Positions 37,538 to 48,938 of a DNA stretch of 64,000 nt are shown piece after piece. A program made the translations under genes and the position numbers. Position 1 is the stretch's first letter. Every line of letters starts with the position of its first letter. The notes under the pieces were generated by a model. It saw nothing but the letters and a program-made list of their open reading frames with translations, was not told where the DNA came from and made no database searches. The stretch comes from Perna viridis (lineage: Eukaryota), in NCBI GenBank assembly GCA_037379345.1, contig CM074515.1, forward strand, positions 24,552,001 to 24,616,000, read 5' to 3'.

Positions 37538-38064
37538 CCCCGTGCGGGTCCGAGTGTTAAAAGAATAGGCCTGCAGCAGCTCTAAGCTTGTCGTAAAAGG
37601 CGACTAAATGATGCTCAGAAACCTAGCCGGGGACTAGGCGCTCTGCCCACAGAGCAACTGGGATGTGTGCCCCAGGAGGTGGTATGGGATACCCCTGGCG
37701 TGTTACATGCTGGGGTTATCAGGCTATAATACGGAAAACCTGACCGCAAACCATAGTGGTGCACCGTGTTGGGAAAGATGTCACGTCCCTCGCACGTTAA
37801 AGAATCCTGCCGTGGTATTCGATAGGAGTAGGAACCTTTGCGCTCCGCCACAGGAGGCTAAATTGCCCGACCTTTCCCATCCCTCCCTTTTTCTTTTTCT
37901 TTTTCAAAATTTGTCGACCCTATTATCCTTGTGTCCCTTTTTTTTTATTTCATCATCATTTCATGTTCATTTTAACATCCATTTTATGTTCATCGTCTGA
38001 ATATAGCTGAAATATTGCTGCTCGGACTTTGAACCCCAACAATCAATCAATCAATCAATCAATC
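37538..38064 (+). mobile_element. Family B SINE-like retroelement, full length, (AATC)n tail
   Basis: Starts CCCCGTGCGGGTCC and ends ...gaaccccaac(aatc)n. Degenerate TSD tcgatattgca (37526-37536) / tcgttattaca (38063-38073). Confidence 0.92.
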
Positions 38065-41000
38065 GTTATTACATATTTAATATATACAAAATGCTGGTCA
38101 ATTGTACGGAACTTTTCTTAAACAATTCTTAAACACAATAGTATTTTTTGTAAATATTGCACGGCTAATAAAACCGGCAGGTTTTACTATGCTTAATTTG
38201 GGGATAACACAATCAATAATGATTTAAGTAAAACAATGATCTATATGTGGACGAAAGAATGAGAGCACATAAGGCTCTGTAGCACTTACTGGAGAAAATG
38301 AAATTCTCTCGCATTAGTACACTCATTTTTTCCAGTTTTTAAATTAAAACAATTTGTTTTATCTTCGTTTTAACTTCTATGGAAAATTCCTGCTTTAACC
38401 GAAAAATCCTTTTTCCTGTAGATGCACACTTTCAGTTTCAATTTGTGTTTCTGTTAACTCTGAAGTATGTCGTAAAAGAGTGATAAGATGATGTTTTACA
38501 TACTGAATAGCCTTCCAGACGGTTTTTGTGCATTTGTTTCTCAATCGTTGCTTTTTAAATTACAAACTTAATGTATAAAATTGAACATTTAAAATATAAA
38601 TTACATTATTTTTAAGTTTCATCCCGAATTTATGATAATTTTTTACGGATATGTCAGTAGGGCCCTGATCCTTTCATGTTGAATAGAAATAAGAAACCAT
38701 CCATTATCATATAGCTCAATCATATTTTGTATTTTGAAGAAACAGTGTTTTTGAAAATACTTGATATGACAAATATTATCCCCTCAGCGTGTTTGTTGCT
38801 CACACTATGTCAAAAACTTTAATACCGACTCATATGCCGATATTTTCCTATATCAACCAATGCACAAACAAATTTCATTACGTACGTAATCATCATTGTT
38901 TCACTCTTAAAGAATAAGAATATCATTTACTACAAAAAAAGTTATAATTAATAGTTATCTTGATCGAACATGACGTTATGGACACAGACATAAAACGACA
39001 TCTCTTTCTACTTCAATACAGTTTAATGTCATTCATCTGCAACTAAACTAAATCAAACCTTAGTGCTTTTCTAAAAGGAAACATCGAATAAGGAAATACC
39101 AGGATAATTCAAGGCAAATCGCTTTCCGGAAATGCTATATAAAAGTCTCTGACAACATTAAAAACTCGTGACGCTTACGATTACGTAATTAATATAACAA
39201 AACAGCAACATTTATTTTCGAAATAATAGAAATTCATAAAATGTTAAAGTCATGTATGGTTTTGCGTCATTTTGTTCAGATCATTTATACAATTTATGTA
39301 CAAAGTATGAATTGCAACTTGGTTGGATTGATATTAAAAGTATTGCAAACCACGGTGTTTACAGTTTTCAACATCTTAAAAATATCACAAAGTCAATGTT
39401 ACAACAAAACATTTAAAATATTTATAAAAAAAATTAGTACAGAATCCTAAAATATAATATAACAACTAAATGTTCAAAATATTTAAATAATAAAAAAAAC
39501 TAGGACATATTTATACAAATAACAGCAAAACAAATAGAAACGTCTATGATAAAAAAATAAGGTAATTGGAACCAGCAGTTTAATCGCATGATACCTTTCA
39601 AACATTTGCCGTGACCGGTAAGACATGGATGATTAGATATTTAGATGTTATAGAGATAACACGGACTGTTCAATAGCATTGATACATAACAGGTTTTTTT
39701 AAATAGTTGTTTCCATGGAACAAAGAACAATATTTGTTTCTATATTTGCGTGCCTAACTGTATGAGTATAATCTTGTCTAAATTTGTCGGGTAAAGAGAT
39801 TGCTGACCTCATAAATTTATGAATACTTCATAAACCTTAGGAAAGGAATGTTGATTAAATTGAAAGAGGATTGTTCTATGAATTGATCGACAGTGGATAT
39901 GAAAGAAGGCATATCAACTCAGCTTTAATCTCCATGTGATAATTTAAAAAGGAGCCTGCAAAACGCATACTACATGTACAAGTAACAAAAGGATTACAAA
40001 TAATTTTTTAAAAAATAAGGATTAGATATAGAATGAAATAAAATATTTGCTAAGAAGCATTTTGTACAACTTGAGCACATTGTGAAGAACGAAATTTGTG
40101 AACTTTTTTAGTATGTTTTTGTATACATTCTACTAGTTTTGTTTTTTTTATTGCATTGAAATTTCATTTTTTTATTTGAAATTATGTGTACTGCAGTCGT
40201 CTTATTTAAGCAAACAGAGTAGCGTAACATGATATTCGTTAATGATATACAGTAACTGATAGTATGTAACATTTAAGCCTTGTCTTCTTACATACCTTAC
40301 CTTATCTACCTGTTCAACATATAGTCACTGTCGGGGATCGTGACATTAATATACATTGAACTCAATAAAAATGGTTAGGGTTGCAGTTTAAAGAAAATAA
40401 TTGTGTATTGACTAGGAATAAAAAGAACTATATACGATATGCACATTTGTCACAGAAAAATTAACCCATATATCTGTATCATATTAGAACCTCAGAGGTT
40501 ACATCGAAAGTCAGAATACCATATTGGTTATAACAGCCCCAAAGTTCGGCTTTAAGTATTGTTCTTTTTGAGAATCTTGAAGATGACAATAAGGTTTACA
40601 TGTACATCTTATACACATCAATATTGTACTGAAATCATTTACTTTTCCAAACCCCTAACATACGACGTGTCCAAAAAATTAAATGTGTTTGAGAATAATT
40701 TTACATCGGTCGGAATGTTGTTCTTTTTTTTTCGATAAAAAGTACGGGAATATTCCCCAGGCAAATTTATTGAACCAGTCAAAATCTGTCTCATGGTTTA
40801 ATATTTCAAAAGAAACCAACCTGCAGAAATTATTTTGAAGCAATAACTTTAATGCATTCAGGTGACTTGATATTTAAATCAAATAGGTTATGTATACCTT
40901 GTACGAAACCGTACTGAAATCCATCAAACAAATTTGCCAACAAAATTTTTAAATCTTGCATAAAAACATTGAAGTAAAACAACAATCAAGGCAAGAAAAA

Positions 41001-41573
41001 AAAACGTAAACTACAAACAAAAAATAACAAACAAAAAAGAAATTTTATGATTGTTATATAAAAATTACAGCACGAGTTATTGAAAACGCGTACAACTTGG
41101 TTTCAGTTAATTACTAATTTATTATTTTCTAATTGCCAATTTGGTGTCCAATCCAGAAGATTGTTTACGTTACTGTAGTTTGCTTCATTGATCTTTTCAT
41201 AATTAAAGAATATGAAAACAATAGCCGTAAGCTTATGTAACATTTCCTAGGTGCATAAAATATATCTAAAGTCTCAAACTTCGAGTTAGATCTGTCTTGG
41301 ATAACTGTGTAATACCAAAATAAAATATATAAATAACAAAAACAAATACGATAGGCTTAGATTGGTTCTTTCGTGTAAAATGCTTAACGGGGTTAAACGG
41401 CGTCTGGTTTGAGCTTGCATGTTTGTTAACTGCCAGTAGTCCTTTGTGCATTTGTTGAACATATAATCAGTGTCTTTATGTATGCTTTAACAAAGGACTC
41501 AGACCTTTTTGAACTTATTTTTAGGTATGTTTAATTGTGAAATATTTTTCCACAGTTGCCAGTTTAAAAAAAA

Positions 41574-41830
41574 TAGAGGTTGGGATTTCGCCAAAGTACA
41601 TTAACCCAGTCGCATTTTTCGTGCCTGTCCCATGTCAGAAATTTATGAACTCTTTATGTTTTGTTCCATTTTCACTTTTAATTTACTATTTGTCGCTGAA
41701 GTATATAGAGGCCAATATTTTGCTGTATCTTGTTTAGGGGCCAGCTGGAGCCTGCCCAGTAGTATTAGGATCGTCGTTTTTTAAGACCCATGATTGGTCT
41801 ATAACTGACATTTTTCATTACAAGGGAGTT
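41574..41830 (+). repeat. Old interspersed repeat starting with a degenerate twister-ribozyme-like motif
   Basis: gaggttg...ttaacccagtc-gca-tttttcg-tgc-ctgtcccatgtcag. Related relics at ~55885-55965, 57066-57145 and 61680-61735. Right boundary approximate. Confidence 0.45.
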
Positions 41831-42099
41831 TACATTGTGTGATATTCAACTTATTTTAGGTATGAATCCTATAAATCTTAAAAGAGGACGAAATCCTCAT
41901 TACGGTATTTAATGCGAAACAAAGTCATAGTTCGATATTTTCGTATCTCCTTCACTAAAAGCGTTTATTATAACCGTCTTCAATAATTATTTAAATTCAA
42001 AAACTGCTTTCTTTCCGACATTTCAAAAGAGTAGACCTTTCTGATTTTAGCCAGAAAGTCAGATGAACGAAAAAAAGGTAATATCGGTTTCACTAATTA

Positions 42100-42139
42100 G
42101 CGACAAGAAGTGTCAAGAAGCGTCATGAAGTGACAAGAA
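42100..42139. repeat. 4 x 10-bp imperfect tandem repeat (gYgWcaWgaa)
   Basis: gcgacaagaa gtgtcaagaa gcgtcatgaa gtgacaagaa. Confidence 0.8.
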
Positions 42140-43260
42140 CTAACAATATGTCTAGAAAAAAGCGATATGAGGGGGAAAGAACCGCAAGAAGATTTTAAAA
42201 TACATCATCTTTTATTTTCAACGTCGCCCTGTTACAAGTTACACATGCCTCATATCATCAACATGGATAAGTCATTTTGCCGCCGTTTCCTCTTTCAGAG
42301 TAGACTATAACATCCTCATAAGCCATATATCATTTCCGAATACCCATTTCCGGACGTCAATATCATTTATGCAAAGGTTATTATCGTTTATAGTATTTAC
42401 TTAATCTCATTGCATTATGTTATTTCTTTCCGCCCACGTTAATGTCAACATAGTTGTATTTTAGTTTATTTGTTGTCGAAAATGCATAGTTTTTTTTATA
42501 AAATACAAATATCTATTATCGATCATAAGCTTGTGTTCGACCTTTGGCGTCACTTTTTGTAATAAACGTGATTACATTGGATCAAGTATTTACATGTACA
42601 TTTATCTGTCTCACAAAATTAATGCACATATAAATTGTATAAAAAATAACGAATTTTGTACTAAACAAACAAAACAAAATGACGAAAAGGAATGAAAATG
42701 GTTTATGCCAAGCATCAGTCATCACTGTGATTTGCCTAATAAGATTTGTGGAGCCATTTAACTTTTGTTGTTAAGTATCAAGTATGATTTTGGACTAATT
42801 TGTATCTAGATGTACATACTAACACTCGTACACATGTTACAGTGACAATGTTCTTAACAAAACACTTTTCCAATAAAGACATTAAGCAGTATTGAAGGGA
42901 ACCAATTTCTTTTATTTGATTGATTTTCTGGAAACTTCTGACCGATATAGAACATATTCAATCATGCGTAATTAAGTAGTCCCACTTAGACCAGCCGAAC
43001 GACTATATCAATATCTACAGAAAGCATGAAAACACATCAAAAATGGCATTCTAAAGAAACAAACAAAACAAAAAACGCAAAAGATACAAGTGCAAGATTA
43101 TCCAAACAAAATTCGATTAAATTTCATTTTAGCATCTTTTCATGATCCCTTTATAATAGTTCAACAAAAACTATCGTTACAATTATAATTAGGTAGCAGT
43201 CTATAAGGTGATTCATGCATATGCCAAGAACAGGCTAAATTCGTTTATATGTCTTAAACA

Positions 43261-43357
43261 GTGGTCGAGTGGTCTAGGGCGCTGGACTTAGTGCAGGCAG
43301 TGTTGCCACAGATGTCACAGCGGAGGGAACGACCACAAAGTATATATATATATATAT
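43261..43357 (+). mobile_element. Family A fragment (A-box retained, B-box deleted) followed by (TA)n
   Basis: tggtcgagtggtctagggcgctggacttagtgcagg...gtcacagcggagggaacgaccacaaa matches 48771-48865 minus the B-box segment. Confidence 0.85.
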
Positions 43358-43400
43358 CAATACATTAATCAATACATTTATTAACTATGTATAATATGTA

Positions 43401-43707
43401 AGAGTAATCAAGGGAACCAAGGTTATAACGGTAATCAAGGAGTAATCAAGGGAACCAAGGTTATAGCGGTAATCAAAGAGTAATCAAGGGAGCCAAGGTT
43501 ATAGCGGTAATCAAAAGAATGTAATCCAGGGACAAAGACCAGACATGGAAAACAGACATACACAACAAAGAACATACAGTAACTAAAATCATACATACAA
43601 AGTAACAAAAGTAAATGAGCAACTCGGACTCCACTAAAAAACTGGGAGCATGGACCAGGTGCACCGGTAGGGTAAGCGTCCTCTGCTTTTCTAGAAACAC
43701 CCGCCGA
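43401..43707 (-). mobile_element. Family C 3'-end copy with triplicated 38-bp terminus
   Basis: Matches 28377-28606. 38-bp units start at 43401, 43439 and 43477. Confidence 0.9.
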
Positions 43708-46700
43708 AATATCTTTTGTTCCATAGATATTTCTTATCATGAATCACCTCATTTGAATTCTCTGAATTAAATTTATATGGATTAGTAAATAATAAAATCA
43801 CAGTTCCTGAAGAAATTCATTCTAGTGTGAAATATCTCGACTTCAATAATACTAAGATCTGATAACTGTTTGCACAAAAAAATGTATTACAAAGTAAGTA
43901 CACATTCCATCTATTTTACATATTATGCACATTAATAGCAAATTCTTTAGCTTCATATGAAAGAACAAAGTTTGAAATTGGAAAATGACTGCAACATTCT
44001 GTATTGTATGATTAACAGGGTTACACTTAGGATTGATGAAATTTGAGAATCCCCTTTCAAAATGACTAGGAAAAGTATTATTATGGTCCTTCTGTTCATT
44101 TACTCATTTAATGACCTAGTTCAAGCTACCTATTAGCTTAAAGCTTTCTGTGAAAGTTTTTATCAGAGTTTTCATGTTGGGATTTGAATTACCGTTTTAA
44201 TTGTTTCGATTGAGGATTGATTTCGCTTTTAGAATTTTACTTTTAAACTAATTCAATCTATTTTATTTTTCGTTGAAGATAACATCTCCGAAATTGTACA
44301 AGCAGAGATTATATAAAACGACAAATATCAAATCGCTCAGAACCCCGGGGAGATAACTGCTCATCACTTCCGGTCGAAAATAGGAATAAAAACGGGACTA
44401 GTTACAAGATAAAATGAAAGACATTTGTGTGCTTGATGTGTTTGATAAATTAAAATGATATTTCCCGTGTTATAAAATGTCATCTTAACTAAGATGATTT
44501 CTGTGAATTTCATATTATGTAATGTGACATCAGACAAACTGACTCCATCTTTCGCAAATGGTATTAGAAATCCATAACTTGTGTGTGAATCAGTTCAAGC
44601 AAATTCTTAGCTTTAGTTTTTTTCACTGGCATAGATACATACAATAATCATTTAAGTCAGTCAGTCCCTGAGTAGACAAGAATATTTAAGTCACAATTTG
44701 TAAAACTAATTACGGGAAATACAGCGGATTTCATTCGATATTATTGTCTGTATTTTGTAAAATACCACTAAGTCAAAGTTAGGTTTAAACTTAGAGAAGT
44801 CTCGTTTGTGATACTTTAAATTCTTACCAAAAAATTCATATCTCGAAGTATTTGAAAATACAAAATGGAATAATCTACAAGATCGGTTATTAATTTGATA
44901 TCAACTTTTACTATGCAAAAGAATGACTATGAATTACATAATTACGCCTACAATGTGCAGTAATTGATGTCCCTATATCTCAATCAATCTAACAGAATTT
45001 GTATTGGAAGGTGACGGGTGGTGCAGATTGATTTATATCCGTATGATTTGATTAGAAATGTGCGGAAGAATATACTAAATTTACTTTTATGAAGATAATA
45101 AAACTATAGCTGCTGATTTCTTTGTAAACTGTGTTTATTTGGTATATTTTGATATTTCATTTTATATACACAGTATATGTAAAACTTTAAATAATTAGTT
45201 TTTATACAGCAAAAAGTAAATCGTTAACGATAAGCCAAAAACAAAAACATGAAAAAAACAAAAAGAAAAAACTATACATCTGATTTGATACGTGTTGTTG
45301 TATTGTGCTCAGGCATTTCTTACTATCCCAACCAATTACATAAATATCGACGTCTTTGCATTGCAATTAAAGCATTAGGACTAGTATTATGCAAGATATT
45401 CAAATTACAAAACGAAATTGGTTGTCGAAACGGAGACATTTAGACTTGAACATTCTGAGTTCAAAGGTCAACACGCCTTACGTTCAATTACACGAGGTTG
45501 CTACATTTGTAATGCATACCCATAACTCATAAACAGATATAAATTATTGACATAAGTTTAACTGTCATATAACCCATGCATGTTCGTGAACATACATTAC
45601 GGTTTAAAGGAGTTAGATCAAGTTCATTTTTTCAAAGTTTAATTCTTGATTTATTTTTTTAAAACCCGATATGAATAAGTAGACTAAAAACTATATGACA
45701 TAAAAAGCAAACGATAATAAATGTAACTATAGATATACAATAAATCTTTTTAACCGAACCCTGAAATTTAGGAAAAAAGTGTCTACCCTAAACACTTTTA
45801 ACAGTTCGTTTTTATCAGTTTAAATGTATTTTTAACCTTAATAATCCGGATACCTATCTTTACTGAACTAATTTTAAAGTCATAACATGAGTCGTATTAG
45901 ACATGTTTTACTGTATATGGAATACTGCTGAAAATATACATCACAATCGCTTTTCTAAATTTCAAATATACAACATATATCCTGATATACATCACGATTG
46001 TTGTTAGTTTATCACAGTATTTATCTTAATATCTTGTTAAGATATGATCGAATGACTATCAAAAAGTGACAGTTTTGTTTAGTAAATTATTCTTTTGCGT
46101 CATATTTAGCACTAAGCGGGATTATAATGTCGAACTACCATTAGATTGGAATAGAAACAAATTGAATTCCACTATTGGTAAGACCATGAATTTCAGAATC
46201 CAATATACAAAACAACCAGTGTGGGATTTGTAAGGATTTTATAGCAATATTGTCTGCATTTAAATTGTTTCCGTGTATGTTGGTCAACTGGGTCAATTTG
46301 TACTGATGTAAACTTGCATAACCAATAAACCAATTTGTTTTCAGTATTTACTGTTATGCTTCCTTTATATAGTAAGTAATAGTAATTTCCCAATTATATC
46401 AATAGCATAAGTTTAAATAGGTTGGGCGCAGCCAGTTAGTTTTTTTCTGTTATTAAAATAATTCTTTTTGTTTGATGTAAAAAGGGCTTTGGCTTAGTTT
46501 GCCGGTATTTTGTTCATAGAAAAGTATTTTTTAATACGCTACGAATCAATTACATTTTGCTGATCGGGAAACACCATTATAATACGTACTTTAAAACGAA
46601 AATTTAAACAATAGGAAAAGGCATTTAAAAAATTAAGACTGGCCGATGAATACTACACTGAAATAACATCATTACAAGTACATTTAAAACACAGTAACAG

Positions 46701-48035
46701 AAACAACAACCAAAATCCTGGGTCGAAACAAAATGTCATAAACAGCGAATGCTGGCTACAACTGTCAAGTCAGTTGGGCTGTACAATATGTCGTTATAAG
46801 CTATTTTAAATAAATGTTACTGTGGGTTTTTTTTAACGTAAAACATATTTTGCGCTATTAGACGATGTATTTTCCTATATCACAAAATGCCAAAACAAAA
46901 ACAAAACAAAAACAAAAAAAAAACAAAAACAAACAACGCATTGTAACGGTTTCGACAGTCATTCTTTGGAAATTCCTGAATCAAAGTGTTCAATTTAGAG
47001 CAAAAAAAAAGTATTGTTGCTAATTTTTGTACTTTTTCTCTATATAAATTTTTGGACATTTGAGCATTTGTTTAATTTAGCCCTTATTGTGGTCAGAATC
47101 CTGGGGAAAATTGTTCAGTTCATATGGTACGAGATCGAATAAATTAAGTGTAAGTGATTGTAAGAATCAGACAGAATGGGAAATATCAGAAACATGCATG
47201 TCAAAAACCCCGTGATCTTACACTTACATTTTCCTGTAGCCTTTTGAACGTGGTACTTAAACCTCCTTTTGTTTTACCAAATATGATGAACTCATTTACA
47301 ATTATCGTTGCAAAGTATTGACCTGCTTCGTTCTGCTTAAAGCTAATTTCAATAACTCATTTAACTAATTCCTCTGCACTGACAAAATGTCATTCCAAAA
47401 CTAATTAGCTAAAGGTCTTTCATATCATCACATTAGATTTAGCTTTCAGCTAACGTGAAATTATCTTTGCATGACAAAATAAATGATAAAATTTATTTCT
47501 TGGGTTATTATCAGAGTTTGCGTAGGCCGCTGCAAACTTGCAGATTTGAATAATATAATAACTTGTAAGTCACAAAATGCAATGCATACATTTTTGGGTA
47601 GGATACTACTTTGAAGGATAGCCGATTCTGATTTCAAATCTTACGAAAAAAAAAATGGTTATGCATAAGACGGATTGAACTATAAAATTTAAGAACAAAT
47701 AATTCTGGGTCTGGTATTCTAAAGAATCTAACCGAATCTTACTATGTGTAATCTGCATCATAAGACACATCATATGACCGTATTGTAATTTTTTGTTACA
47801 TCATAGCGTTTCAACTGATATTATATCAGGCTTATTCTTGTTTAGATTGTCATATTCATTTCATTGTAAAAAATAATTATAATACCCCCTGCTATTGTTT
47901 GGAATAGAGCTTGAAATACAAAATAATTGTTATGGGTGAATTCATGCAAAATAAAACAAACAAAAAAAAAACTTGAAAATGTGTACATTTGTTCTACATA
48001 TACATGATGGGCAGACCGAGACAACACATATAACA

Positions 48036-48938
48036 CTGAAGACGTTTGTATAATATTGATTTGTTGTGACATGCATCATTAATTTGATCATCTATCCTAC
48101 ATAATAACATCTAAATGAACTGTCCCGTACTACCATACATCGTGTACTAAGTTACAGCCCCAGATTAATCCTACGAGGAGGAATCACTCGGCCAGCGAAA
48201 TGTATATTAGCCTAGCTGGCCGAGTGGTCTAGGGCGCTGGACTTTGTGCAGGCGGTGTTGCCATAGATGTCACAGCGGTACGAGTTCGAGTCCCGTGGAG
48301 GGAACGACCAAAAATTTGCATTGCAAATTTGACAGTTCTAACATCGTTGGGAATTTTTCAGACCTTTCTATACGTTTACATATCTTCCCTGTATCAATCT
48401 GTTGCCATAGATGTCACAGCAGTACAAGTTCGAGTCCCGCGGAGGGAACGACAAAAATTTGCTTCGCAAATTTGACGGTTCTAACATCGTTGGGAATTTT
48501 TCAGACCCTTCTATAAGTTCACGTTATCTTCCCTGTATCAATTTGATCCGATGGAGCAGTGTAGAGAATAGAGTCGTCACATTCTGAGACGTTGTATAAT
48601 ATTGATTTGTTGTGACATGCATCATTAATTTGATCCTCGATCCTACATAATAACACCTAAATGAACTGTCCCGTACCACCATACATCGTGAACTAAGTTA
48701 CAGCCCTTGATTAATCCTACGAGGAGGAATCACCCGGCCAGCGAAAGCTATATTTTTTATATAGCCCAGCTGGTCGAGTGGTCTAGGGCGCTGGACTTAG
48801 TGCAGGCGTTGTTGCCATAGATGTCACAGCGGTACGAGTTCGAGTCCCGCGGAGGGAACGACAAAAATTTGCTTCGCAAATTTGACAGTTCTAACATCGT
48901 TGGGAATTTTGCGGACCCTTCTATATATATATATATAT
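48036..48938 (+). mobile_element. Family A tRNA-derived repeat, partial tandem array (~410-bp unit plus a 144-bp internal duplication), ending in (TA)n
   Basis: A-box TGGCCGAGTGG at 48217 and TGGTCGAGTGG at 48771. B-box GTTCGAGTCCC at 48284, ~48428 and 48838. The head tggccgagtggtctagggcgctggacttag resembles the 5' half of tRNA-Leu. Duplicated segment starts at 48256 and 48400. Confidence 0.88.

Noticed and set aside
43435-43740. ORFs within family C 3' ends (also 23646, 34109, 21344, 6122)
   Set aside because: They lie downstream of the RT stop in T-rich repeat sequence, and the frames are not conserved among copies.
48205-48305. Functional tRNA-Leu gene
   Set aside because: A and B boxes are present, but the anticodon and acceptor stems do not pair properly, and the sequence is embedded in a multi-copy repeat.
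48710-48755. Hammerhead ribozyme core (cctacga...cgaaagcta) in family A
   Set aside because: It lacks CUGANGA in all three copies, and helices I and II do not pair convincingly. A consensus-level search is still worthwhile.
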